Part shown: positions 15,155-23,599 of the stretch, one piece after another
Position numbering within the stretch: the stretch's first letter is position 1
How the letters are laid out: each line of letters starts with the position of its first letter
DNA from: Candidatus Altiarchaeota archaeon
Lineage (GTDB): Archaea > Altiarchaeota > Altiarchaeia > IMC4 > QMZM01
Assembly: GCA_038891095.1 (NCBI GenBank)
Contig: JAWAEV010000008.1
Location: forward strand, 1 to 26,915
DNA length: 26,915 bases
Reading direction: 5' to 3'
Notes under the pieces: model-generated
What the model was told of the DNA's origin: nothing
What the model saw: only the letters and a program-made list of their open reading frames with translations
The model's database searches: none
Translations under genes and position numbers: made by a program

Positions 15155-15610
15155 ATGTTTAAAAAAATTGTGGTTGGCGGCACATTTGAATTTTTACATA
15201 AAGGACATAGAAGATTGCTTGAATTAGGAGCAAAAAATTCTGAAATGCTAATAGTTGGTTTGACATCTGATGAATTTGCCTCAAGATTTAGAGCAGAAAA
15301 AGTTAGCCCGTATATAGAAAGGAAAAGAAAATTAGAAAATTTTCTTAAGAAATTTTCAGTGAAATATAAAATTGTAAAGATTGATGACAACTATGGAATT
15401 GCAACAATTGATCCTGAAATTGATTGCATTATTGTCTCTGAAGAAACTTTGTTGAGAGCAGAAGAAATAAATGCTATAAGATTTAAGAAAGGTTTGGAGA
15501 AATTAGTTATTATTGTAATGCCAACTATTTTGGCTGAGGACGGAAAACCGCTATCAAGTGAAAGAATTCGCTTAGGTGAGATAGATGAATATGGGAGAAT
15601 AAAAAAGTGA
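15155..15610 (+). CDS. coaD: Phosphopantetheine adenylyltransferase (archaeal/eukaryotic type)
   Basis: GGTFEFLHKGH, VGLTSD, IVSEET, DGKPLSSERIRLGEID. Confidence 0.93.
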   Translation: MFKKIVVGGTFEFLHKGHRRLLELGAKNSEMLIVGLTSDEFASRFRAEKVSPYIERKRKLENFLKKFSVKYKIVKIDDNYGIATIDPEIDCIIVSEETLLRAEEINAIRFKKGLEKLVIIVMPTILAEDGKPLSSERIRLGEIDEYGRIKK

Positions 15611-15687
15611 TCGAATTTTTAGTGTTGAATTATTGATATTCGAAATAACTTTTTAATCAAAAATCTCATATTTTTGTTGGTTATTAA

Positions 15688-16353
15688 ATGAAAGTCCTCA
15701 TAACTCTTGGCCCTACACAGGAACCATTAGACAGTGTTCGGTATATTACAAACGCTAGTTCTGGTAGAATGGGGAAGTGTTTAGCAGAGGAAGCTATAAA
15801 AAGAAATTTTTCCACGACCATAGTTTCAGGTCCAGTTAATTTAAATCTTCCTGAAAAAGCAAAAATTTTTCATGTTAGAACAGCAGAGCAGATGATAAGG
15901 AGAACAATATTAGAATTAAAGAAAGGTTATGATATTTTAATTTCAGCAGCAGCAATTGGTGATTTCACTCCAGTAAAAGTCAAGGAAGGAAAAATAAAAT
16001 CTGAAAAAGAGATACAACTGACATTAAAGCCAACACCTAAACTCACGAAAATTGCAAAGGAAAAATTTCCAGAAATTTTTGTTGTCGGATTTAAAGCAGA
16101 GTATAAACCTTCAAGAGAAGAATTGATAAAAAAAGGATTTGAAAAATTAATATCTGAGAACTTAGACTTAGTTATTGCAAATGACTTATCCGAGAGTATT
16201 GGTTCAAAAAGCTGTGAAGTATATCTCATAGATAAAAAAGAGGTCGAATATTTACCTTTGAATGCAAAGGAGATAATTGCTAAGAAAATCTGGGATAAAG
16301 TTTTGGATATGTTATCAAAGAATGAAAGTGGTAAATTTCGCAACATCAAATAA
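15688..16353 (+). CDS. coaB: Phosphopantothenate-cysteine ligase (CoaB domain only)
   Basis: VLITLGPTQEPLDSVRYITNASSGRMG, AAAIGDF, VGFKAE, LDLVIAND; no CoaC domain. Confidence 0.92.
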   Translation: MKVLITLGPTQEPLDSVRYITNASSGRMGKCLAEEAIKRNFSTTIVSGPVNLNLPEKAKIFHVRTAEQMIRRTILELKKGYDILISAAAIGDFTPVKVKEGKIKSEKEIQLTLKPTPKLTKIAKEKFPEIFVVGFKAEYKPSREELIKKGFEKLISENLDLVIANDLSESIGSKSCEVYLIDKKEVEYLPLNAKEIIAKKIWDKVLDMLSKNESGKFRNIK

Positions 16354-16885
16354 ATTTAAGGTTGATGAAGCAAATAGTGTTGGAAAAAATTTCGGGATTA
16401 GATTTGTTCAATTAGAAGTTGGTTATCCTGAAATCAGAGATGAAAATGTTGAGAATGTTGCTAAAGCAGGGGCAAAATTTGTTTTTGAAAAAATTAAGAA
16501 GCCTGTTGTTGTTGAAGACACTGGGCTTTACATAAAAGCATTGAATGGATTTCCAGGGAGTTATTCAAAATTTGTTTTTCAGAAAATTGGTAATAAAGGA
16601 ATTTTAAGATTGCTTGAAGGTGAGAAAGATAGAAGTGCAGAGTTTATTTCTTCAGTTGGTTATTTTGATGGTAAAAATTTAAGAACTTTTACTGGAATTT
16701 CAAATGGAAAAATTTTGGAAGAGGAAAAAGGTATTGCTGGCTTTGGATATGACCCAATTTTTTTACCTGAAGGACAAGAAAAAACTTTTGCTCAAGATTA
16801 CTCTCTAAAGAAAAAAATTTCTCACAGAAAAATTGCATTTGAGAAATTTTGCAAATGGTTTTCTAAGGAATTTCTTTTGCGCTAA
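16322..16885 (+). CDS. rdgB: Non-canonical purine NTP pyrophosphatase (RdgB/HAM1/ITPase)
   Basis: FATSNKFK, VEDTGL, LNGFPGSYSK, GFGYDPIF, KKKISHR. Start placed at ATG 16322 (MKVVNFATS). Confidence 0.94.
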   Translation: MKVVNFATSNKFKVDEANSVGKNFGIRFVQLEVGYPEIRDENVENVAKAGAKFVFEKIKKPVVVEDTGLYIKALNGFPGSYSKFVFQKIGNKGILRLLEGEKDRSAEFISSVGYFDGKNLRTFTGISNGKILEEEKGIAGFGYDPIFLPEGQEKTFAQDYSLKKKISHRKIAFEKFCKWFSKEFLLR

Positions 16886-18056
16886 TAGGGATTATTTGGT
16901 TGCCAAATTTTATAACTGCTAAGGATATATTTATTTTGTCGTTTACATTTGTTTTCTCTTCAAGTGTGCTTGTATAATTGCTGCTGTCTCCAATTTTAAT
17001 AACTCTACCATCAGAAACAACCTCATCCGAGAAGGAGATAGTACCTTGCTTTTTTACTGAAATTTCAGTAATTTTATACTCAGCAAATTTAGCTTTTATT
17101 TTTGAAATGTCTCTGCTTAGGCTGACACTTAACTGTAATTTCCCTTTCTCAAACTCATATGTTAAATTTTTCTCTGATAAAATTTTTCTTATCTCCTGAA
17201 GTGATGAATTAAAAGAAATTACTGTTAAATTTTCTTGAGAATTTACACTTAGCCCATACAATGAATTTAACCTTGAGAGAGTTTCACTCTCAATTGTTGA
17301 ATTAACTAAAATTTTTGGTTGCGAGAATTCAATTTCTTCTTTAGATATGTTTATTTCTCTTAAGAAATTTTCAATTGGGAGTTCATCAAAAGTACCAGAA
17401 ATTGTATATTTTGAGATATCTAAAACAACTGCCGGGATTCTTTCGATTTTTGGCAATTTTTTCTCCTCGAATGCTATAGAACCCAAAATGTCTCTCTTAT
17501 AAACCCATGCCTTTGAGTAAGTGTCTTCATCACTATTAACATCTGCGATCAAATATGTTTCGTTTATTCCGGAAATGGAAGCAAGTTCTTCTGAGAGTTC
17601 TGCGATAAATGCTCTCCTCAGAATATATTTTGGAAAAATTTTAGAGAGATGCTCGTTTATTAAAGAGAGATTTTCATTTTTTGTGTTTAATGTGCATAGA
17701 AAATATTTGTCTGTTGAATCACAACTTGCATAGTTAATTTTTTCTTCTGAATTTGAAAAATTTAGGAATAGTTTTATCATCTCTATAGTAGGAAATGCCC
17801 CTGCAGGGAAAGTTATAATGAAGTCATTCGTTTTGCTTTTAATTTTTGTTAGAATAGGAAGATCAAAAATTTCCTGAACATTATATTGATTAAATAACTG
17901 AGGTGTTGTTTGTTTTACTTGCTGATTTTGATATGTTAATCCACCATAATAAAAACCGGAGAATATCATTATTATTGATGCTAATAGAACAAAAATTAAC
18001 ATTTTTCTCTTCCTCTTCTCTTCACTTTTATATTTTTTTGTGTATTTTTCTGCCAT
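16863..18056 (-). CDS. Hypothetical protein with N-terminal membrane anchor
   Basis: Basic N-terminus, one TM (MLIFVLLASIIMIFSGFYYG) and a long ORF with many N-x-S/T sequons. No family recognised. Confidence 0.75.
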   Translation of the reverse strand: MAEKYTKKYKSEEKRKRKMLIFVLLASIIMIFSGFYYGGLTYQNQQVKQTTPQLFNQYNVQEIFDLPILTKIKSKTNDFIITFPAGAFPTIEMIKLFLNFSNSEEKINYASCDSTDKYFLCTLNTKNENLSLINEHLSKIFPKYILRRAFIAELSEELASISGINETYLIADVNSDEDTYSKAWVYKRDILGSIAFEEKKLPKIERIPAVVLDISKYTISGTFDELPIENFLREINISKEEIEFSQPKILVNSTIESETLSRLNSLYGLSVNSQENLTVISFNSSLQEIRKILSEKNLTYEFEKGKLQLSVSLSRDISKIKAKFAEYKITEISVKKQGTISFSDEVVSDGRVIKIGDSSNYTSTLEEKTNVNDKINISLAVIKFGNQIIPISAKEIP

Positions 18057-18083
18057 TTTAGATTATTATTTAATTTCAAACTC

Positions 18084-18090
18084 TTAAATA
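18084..18090 (+). promoter_or_regulatory. Putative TATA box for the FKBP operon (leaderless)
   Basis: TTAAATA starts 27 nt upstream of ATG 18111 in a 54-bp divergent gap. Confidence 0.35.
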
Positions 18091-18110
18091 GTTAGTATTA
18101 AAATTTAAAA

Positions 18111-18836
18111 ATGGCAAGATTTATTAAAGTTTCCTATACTGCAAGGATAAAAGATGGTAGAGTTTTTGATACAACTGATGAAAAAATTGCAAAAGATGAG
18201 AAAATCTTTATAGATGGAAAAATTTATAAACCTTTGCCAGTTGTAGTTGGTGAAGGCCATTTACTTAAATCATTGGATGAATTTCTTGAGGGTATGAAAG
18301 TAAATGAAACAAAAACAGTAGAACTTCCACCTGAAAAGGCATTTGGAAATAGAGATCCAAATTTAGTTAGATTAGTACCAATGAGGATTTTCAAGGAGCA
18401 GAAAATTACTCCAATTCCAGGAATGTTAATTCAACTTGATGGTAGAAATGCTCGTATTCAGACTGTTGCTGGTGGTAGAGTTAGGGTTGATTTTAACTCA
18501 GATCTTGCAGGTAAATATGTTATTTATGATATCAAAATAGAAGATGAGGCAAAAACTGAAGAGGATAAGGTTCTATTTTTGTTAGAGCGAAGTTTTAATT
18601 CTGTTGAAGCTTTCAATGTTAATATTGATGGAAAAAAAATTAAAGTAGAGCTGCCAGAAATAGCATATAAGGACAGAAATATTTTGATAAGAAAGGCTTC
18701 TTTTGCTGCTGAAGCATTTAAAATTTTAGGAGTTGAGGAGATAACCTATATTGAGAAATGGACAAATAGGAAATTGGAAAAAAGTAAAGAAGCCAATGCA
18801 ACTGAAAAAAAGGAAAAACAAGAACAAGAGAGTTAG
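18111..18836 (+). CDS. slyD: FKBP-type peptidyl-prolyl isomerase (SlyD-like, archaeal long type)
   Basis: DGRVFDTT, LPPEKAFGNRDP, GGRVRVDFNSDLAGK. Confidence 0.93.
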   Translation: MARFIKVSYTARIKDGRVFDTTDEKIAKDEKIFIDGKIYKPLPVVVGEGHLLKSLDEFLEGMKVNETKTVELPPEKAFGNRDPNLVRLVPMRIFKEQKITPIPGMLIQLDGRNARIQTVAGGRVRVDFNSDLAGKYVIYDIKIEDEAKTEEDKVLFLLERSFNSVEAFNVNIDGKKIKVELPEIAYKDRNILIRKASFAAEAFKILGVEEITYIEKWTNRKLEKSKEANATEKKEKQEQES

Positions 18837-18839
18837 AAA

Positions 18840-19310
18840 ATGCATGGTAAAGAAAATGAGAATAAATTAAAAAAATATATAAAAGAGAAAGATATCAAGT
18901 GTGAGTACCTGACATTTCAAGAAGCTTGCCATTCTGTTGATGATGCAGTAAAAATTTCAAAATATAGTAAGGAAAATATAGTAAAGAGTATATGTTTAAT
19001 TGACGAAAATAAAAATTTTATAGTTGCAATAGTTTCTGGAAATGACAAAGTTAGTTTAAAAAAAGTTGCAAATTTCTTGAATAATAAAGTCAAAATGGCA
19101 TCACCCATAGATGTGCTTAAATATTCGACTTATCCCATTGGTGGAGTTCCACCATTTGGGTATTCTGCAAAATTCTTGATTGATAAAAGGATTATGGAGA
19201 AGGAATATTTAATTGCCGGCGGTGGCTCAGAAAAAGCGCTGATAAAAATTTCTCCAAAAGAAATGCAAAAGGCAAATAATGGAGAAATTTTAGATATAAG
19301 AGAAGAATGA
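18840..19310 (+). CDS. YbaK/EbsC family aminoacyl-tRNA deacylase
   Basis: IVKSI, YPIGGVPPFG, AGGGS. Confidence 0.88.
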   Translation: MHGKENENKLKKYIKEKDIKCEYLTFQEACHSVDDAVKISKYSKENIVKSICLIDENKNFIVAIVSGNDKVSLKKVANFLNNKVKMASPIDVLKYSTYPIGGVPPFGYSAKFLIDKRIMEKEYLIAGGGSEKALIKISPKEMQKANNGEILDIREE

Positions 19311-19990
19311 AACTAGGAGTTCTGTTTTCTGGTGGAAAAGACTCAACATATGCTCTTTATAAGGTAATGGAAAAAGAAAAAATTCTGTGTTTAATTTCAA
19401 TGATCTCAGAAAATCCCGAAAGCTATATGTTTCATACGCCAAATATCTTGCTAACAAAATTACAAGCAAAAGCTATTTCATTACCACTATTACAATGGAA
19501 AACAAAAGGTGTAAAAGAAGAGGAGTTATCAGATCTAGAATCTGCAATAGATTATGCTAAAAAAAATTTCAAAATTGAAGGAATAGTAACAGGAGCTATC
19601 GCCTCAAATTACCAAAAAGAAAGAATTGAAAAAATTTGCAAAAAGCTAAATCTTCTTTGCTTAAACCCATTGTGGCATGAATCACAAGAAAAAATTTTGT
19701 ATGAAATTTTACAAAAAAAATTTAGAGTTATTATCACAGGAATTTTTGCTTATCCTCTAAATGAAAAATGGCTTGGAAAAGAGATAAACAAAGAGATGAT
19801 TTCTGAATTAGTCGTATTACAAAAGAGATATAAAATAAATCCAGCAGGTGAGGGCGGTGAAATTGAAACATTTGTTTTAGATGCTCCATTCTTTAAGAAG
19901 GAAATTTTAATTTTAGATTCTGAAATAAAAGCTAAGGAAAACTCTGGGGTTTTCTTAATAAAAAAAGCAAAATTAATTGATAAAAAATAA
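19307..19990 (+). CDS. dph6: Diphthine--ammonia ligase (PP-loop ATPase)
   Basis: LFSGGKDS, SYMFHTPN, GAIASNYQKERI, PLW, GEGGEIET. Confidence 0.93.
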   Translation: MKLGVLFSGGKDSTYALYKVMEKEKILCLISMISENPESYMFHTPNILLTKLQAKAISLPLLQWKTKGVKEEELSDLESAIDYAKKNFKIEGIVTGAIASNYQKERIEKICKKLNLLCLNPLWHESQEKILYEILQKKFRVIITGIFAYPLNEKWLGKEINKEMISELVVLQKRYKINPAGEGGEIETFVLDAPFFKKEILILDSEIKAKENSGVFLIKKAKLIDKK

Positions 19991-20010
19991 AAATAAGAAA
20001 AAAAATAAAG
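19991..20010 (-). terminator. T-rich tract, possible terminator of the 20016-20969 gene
   Basis: A-runs on the + strand (T-runs on -) between convergent genes. Confidence 0.3.
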
Positions 20011-20015
20011 AGGAT

Positions 20016-20969
20016 TTATTTCCTCTTAACAACTAATGTCACTTCCTTTACTTCTCCAGGCTGACATGACGCTAGAACTTCTCCATAGTAGTTTATGAGC
20101 CTAATTCCATTAGCGCTGAAGAGTGTGTCTGTTCTCTTACCTTTAAACACATAGTTTAAATTTGGTTTTAAGTTGAAGAATCTATAACTACTGAAGTAGC
20201 TACCATAGCCACCAACCTGACCATTTGGGGAATATAACTCAACCTTGATTGGATTTCCATTCTCATCGACAACTCTGATTATGATATCGCAAAACTTTGG
20301 CATTAATTGGAGGTTAACTTTGCTAGTTTCACCTGTTCTAACTAATGTATTTGAACTACCACTATAACTCCTAAAAACAATTCTTGGAACTGTTGGGAAA
20401 TTGAAAATTTTGTCTAAACCTGTTTTTGGTTGATTAATAAACTGTAAATCTGTCTTTTTACCTATAACTGAGATGCTACCTGGCTTAATATTACTGATTT
20501 TTATCTTTGAAATAAGGGAGTTATCTCCTCCTATTTTATTTACTCCGATAGAATCCTTAGGTTTATAGAATAGTTGCGCGCTTGTTGATTTTCCTTGTGT
20601 GTTTAGAACATTAATGGAAAGAGAACCTGTTTTAGGTGTAGGTATTTGGCTCATAGGCACAGCTTTCTCTAAGTTAAATTTCACTTTTACTGTTCCACTA
20701 ATGCAAGTAACTGTTTGTTTGGCTTTTTCATCTACTGTTCTTACTTCCACAACATGCGTGCCAGGAGTAACTTTCCTTAGCAAATATTTTCCAATTCCTA
20801 ACCACTCTCCATCAAGAAAGATACTAGCAACTCCTGGCTGGACTTCAATATCTAGGGTACAGTCTCCGATAGAATAAAGCACTTTTTGCTGTGCATACAC
20901 ACTTGGCAAAACACTAAAAAACAATGCAATCAACAAAATCCCGGAAAAAATTTTGTTTGTATTTTCCAT
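20016..20969 (-). CDS. Secreted protein: PEGA-like domain plus two tandem beta-sandwich (carboxypeptidase-regulatory-like) repeats
   Basis: Signal peptide ending VYA|QQ. ASIFLDGEWLG..VTPGTHVVEV is PEGA-like. Two repeats of [G/C]xxxIxVxx.G...L[FY]...GG..S......N[IL]KP.....GK.TD...Y.G...GE...V.L. Confidence 0.75.
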   Translation of the reverse strand: MENTNKIFSGILLIALFFSVLPSVYAQQKVLYSIGDCTLDIEVQPGVASIFLDGEWLGIGKYLLRKVTPGTHVVEVRTVDEKAKQTVTCISGTVKVKFNLEKAVPMSQIPTPKTGSLSINVLNTQGKSTSAQLFYKPKDSIGVNKIGGDNSLISKIKISNIKPGSISVIGKKTDLQFINQPKTGLDKIFNFPTVPRIVFRSYSGSSNTLVRTGETSKVNLQLMPKFCDIIIRVVDENGNPIKVELYSPNGQVGGYGSYFSSYRFFNLKPNLNYVFKGKRTDTLFSANGIRLINYYGEVLASCQPGEVKEVTLVVKRK

Positions 20970-21103
20970 TTTTAGTTTTTAAATTTTATATAAAATGTAG
21001 AATTTATCTTTAAAAATTAGAACAATATTTAATTTTTTTATTTTTTTATATACTTCTTTATTTTATAGTTCCAATAGCCATATAAAATACGAATGATACA
21101 AAA

Positions 21104-22111
21104 GTGATACAAAAAAATTTGCCCAATGGAGATAAGGATATAAGAAGAATAGAAGAAAAAGCAACTGGATTAAAGCCAAAAAATTTTAAGGAAATTTTTA
21201 AAAAAGCATCAAAACAAAGTTGGGAAATTTGGCTTCTAATGATCAAAATTTATATTCCAATAGCTTTTCTTACTGTGATTTTGAAACAGATCGGGGTTAT
21301 TGACACTATCGCACAATTTTTCTCTCCAGTTATGAGTTTGTTGGGTTTGCCTGGAGAAACTGCGATTACACTAATAGCCGGTTCATTGAATACAGTTTAT
21401 GCTGCAGCAGCAACACTAACAACTTTTGAGCTAAATGCTAGGGAGCTAACAATACTTGCTGTTGTTGTTGGTATATCTCATAGCCTAATTTTAGAAACTG
21501 CAATCTTGAAAAAATTAAAAACTGCGAATGAGAGGATAGCACTTTTCAGATTTTTTATGGGAATTTTCGTTGGGATTTTAATGAATCTTCTCCTGCCCAG
21601 AGATATAGCTCCAACATTTCAGTTGAAAAGACCTTACATAAGTGATGAAAAATTTTCTTGGTTAAAAACAATTGAGGGAATTTTCTCAACATGTATTCAA
21701 ATTTTTCTTATACTCTCTGTTATAATGCTCATATATGAAATTTTTATGTTTTTTAGGCTTAGCAAAATTGCAAAAAAATTAATGGCAATACAAAGGCTTT
21801 CAGGAATAAGCTATAATGCATTTCCTCCTTGGATTGTTGGTCTTTTTATTGGGCTTTTATATGGTGCTGGACTTCTCTTTCAATTTGAAAAAAATAAGAA
21901 AATTAATAAAAGAGATGGCTGTTTGCTAACTATTTTTCTTGTCTTAGCACATGCAATAATAGAAGACACAATGATTTTTGCTGCTCTTGGTGCTAATTTT
22001 TTCTGGGCTGTAGCTGTTAGAATTTCTATTGCTTTTCTCTTTACAAGAATTTTAGCAACAAGAGATCTTTACAAGAAATTTCTTTGGATCGGTCTAAATG
22101 AAAAAAATTAA
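21104..22111 (+). CDS. Nucleoside recognition (Gate) domain membrane protein
   Basis: Two repeats: SPVMSLLGLPGE...HSLILET and GLFIGLLYGAG...HAIIEDT; about 8-10 TM. Start uncertain. Confidence 0.8.
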   Translation: MIQKNLPNGDKDIRRIEEKATGLKPKNFKEIFKKASKQSWEIWLLMIKIYIPIAFLTVILKQIGVIDTIAQFFSPVMSLLGLPGETAITLIAGSLNTVYAAAATLTTFELNARELTILAVVVGISHSLILETAILKKLKTANERIALFRFFMGIFVGILMNLLLPRDIAPTFQLKRPYISDEKFSWLKTIEGIFSTCIQIFLILSVIMLIYEIFMFFRLSKIAKKLMAIQRLSGISYNAFPPWIVGLFIGLLYGAGLLFQFEKNKKINKRDGCLLTIFLVLAHAIIEDTMIFAALGANFFWAVAVRISIAFLFTRILATRDLYKKFLWIGLNEKN

Positions 22112-23598
22112 GCGAATTTTTCCATTAGCGCGCCTTTTTTTATCATTATTTCACCAGTAGGTAATTTATCAGTTTTTATAACTTGTTTTCTCTCTAAGAT
22201 GTTGCACCAAATCTCAACTAATTTCGAACTAACCTTGAGTTTTTTCGCCAATGCACCCAATTCAACCTCTCTTTCATCATTGACAATGTCTATAAGTTTA
22301 TTTATTAACTCTTTTTTATTTTCTTTATAACTTTTAACTTCCTGCTCTTTTTCAATTCCTAAATGCTTCTCTTTAAGTTTTATTAAATCCTGCTCGACTT
22401 GGTTAAGTTCCTTTTCAAGTTTTAGTCTTCTTTCATCAAAATTTATTTCTTTTGTTTTTTCCTCTTCTAATTTTAATTTCTCTTTTTCTAAATTTTTACG
22501 TTCTATCTCAATTTCACTTCGCTCTTTTTCTATTTTCCTTTGTATTTCCATAAATCTCTGCACTAAAATTGGTAGCTCCTCCAAACTTTTAATCCCAATC
22601 AATTTTAATTCACTTGAAATTTTTTCATTTTCCTCTTTTAATTTCTTCTTTTCTAACTCAATTTCTTCTTTTTCTTTATTCAATTTTTGTTTTGTCTCTT
22701 CAATAAGAGAGATCATCATCCTTATACTTTTTTTATCTTCTTCTATTTTTTTCCTTTTTTCTTCTATGTCCTTTAATTGCTCAGAAAATTTCTCTTCTTG
22801 TTTTCTCTCTAGAATTTTATCTAATTCTTCTTCTTTCTTTAGCAAGTATTCTTCTCGCTTCTTAATTCTCTCCCATTCCTTTTCAACTCGCATTCTCTCT
22901 ATCTCTAGTTTCATTCGCTCTTCCTCAAATATTGCTCTTTGCTTTTCTTCCCAGTCCTTTAGCAGTTCAATGACTTTTCTCTCAATCTCAAAAAATTCTT
23001 TAGTCTTTGATGGAACTTGTAAAATTTTATATATATCTTCCTTCTCTAAAGCAGAACTTTCTATTGTAGAGCTACTCAATGTCAAAACAGATGCATTACT
23101 TATTACCTCATCTATAGTATCAAAATTATTTCGCGATAAATTAACTACAATTGGTACGTCCATTACAGAAGAAAATTTTTCAGTCTGTTCATGAGTTAGT
23201 AAAGCATAGTCAACTCCAAGTTTTAAAAAATCAGGGATTTCTTCTATTTTTTCATTTCTTAGGTCAATTACAATTTCTTTATTATGTTGCTTTCCTAATT
23301 TTACAAAATTTTCCATATCTTGCTCTTTAATTCCTCCAGGGAGGATGATAATGTCTGCATTTGATTGCACCACTTTTTCTATATCGTCTAAGTTAGGTTT
23401 TATGTCTGCAGCAATTTTTTTACCAGGAAATTTGTTCTTTATTTTTTCTATAGATTTCAAACCTTCATATTTTATTAGATTACTGCTTAGACCTATCCAG
23501 TCCGCTACATCTGAAAATTTCTCCAAATTCTCAAATGCTTTCTCTAAATCCAAAACATCAAGATACAAATGAATTTTTGGTTTCGTTTTCATTTCCAT
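22108..23598 (-). CDS. Degenerate HPS/OMP-decarboxylase-family TIM barrel fused to a long coiled coil and a C-terminal winged-helix domain
   Basis: N-terminus IHLYLDVLDLEKA..DWIGLSSNLIKYEG..FPGKKIAADIK is HPS-like. About 230 aa of E/K-rich heptads follow. C-terminus LAKKLKVSSKLVEIWCNILERKQVI is wHTH-like. Confidence 0.75.
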   Translation of the reverse strand: MEMKTKPKIHLYLDVLDLEKAFENLEKFSDVADWIGLSSNLIKYEGLKSIEKIKNKFPGKKIAADIKPNLDDIEKVVQSNADIIILPGGIKEQDMENFVKLGKQHNKEIVIDLRNEKIEEIPDFLKLGVDYALLTHEQTEKFSSVMDVPIVVNLSRNNFDTIDEVISNASVLTLSSSTIESSALEKEDIYKILQVPSKTKEFFEIERKVIELLKDWEEKQRAIFEEERMKLEIERMRVEKEWERIKKREEYLLKKEEELDKILERKQEEKFSEQLKDIEEKRKKIEEDKKSIRMMISLIEETKQKLNKEKEEIELEKKKLKEENEKISSELKLIGIKSLEELPILVQRFMEIQRKIEKERSEIEIERKNLEKEKLKLEEEKTKEINFDERRLKLEKELNQVEQDLIKLKEKHLGIEKEQEVKSYKENKKELINKLIDIVNDEREVELGALAKKLKVSSKLVEIWCNILERKQVIKTDKLPTGEIMIKKGALMEKFA

Positions 23599-23599
23599 T

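Noticed and set aside
16277-16321. N-terminal extension of rdgB in the track
   Set aside because: The family motif begins at MKVVNFATS (ATG 16322), and the extension lies within coaB.
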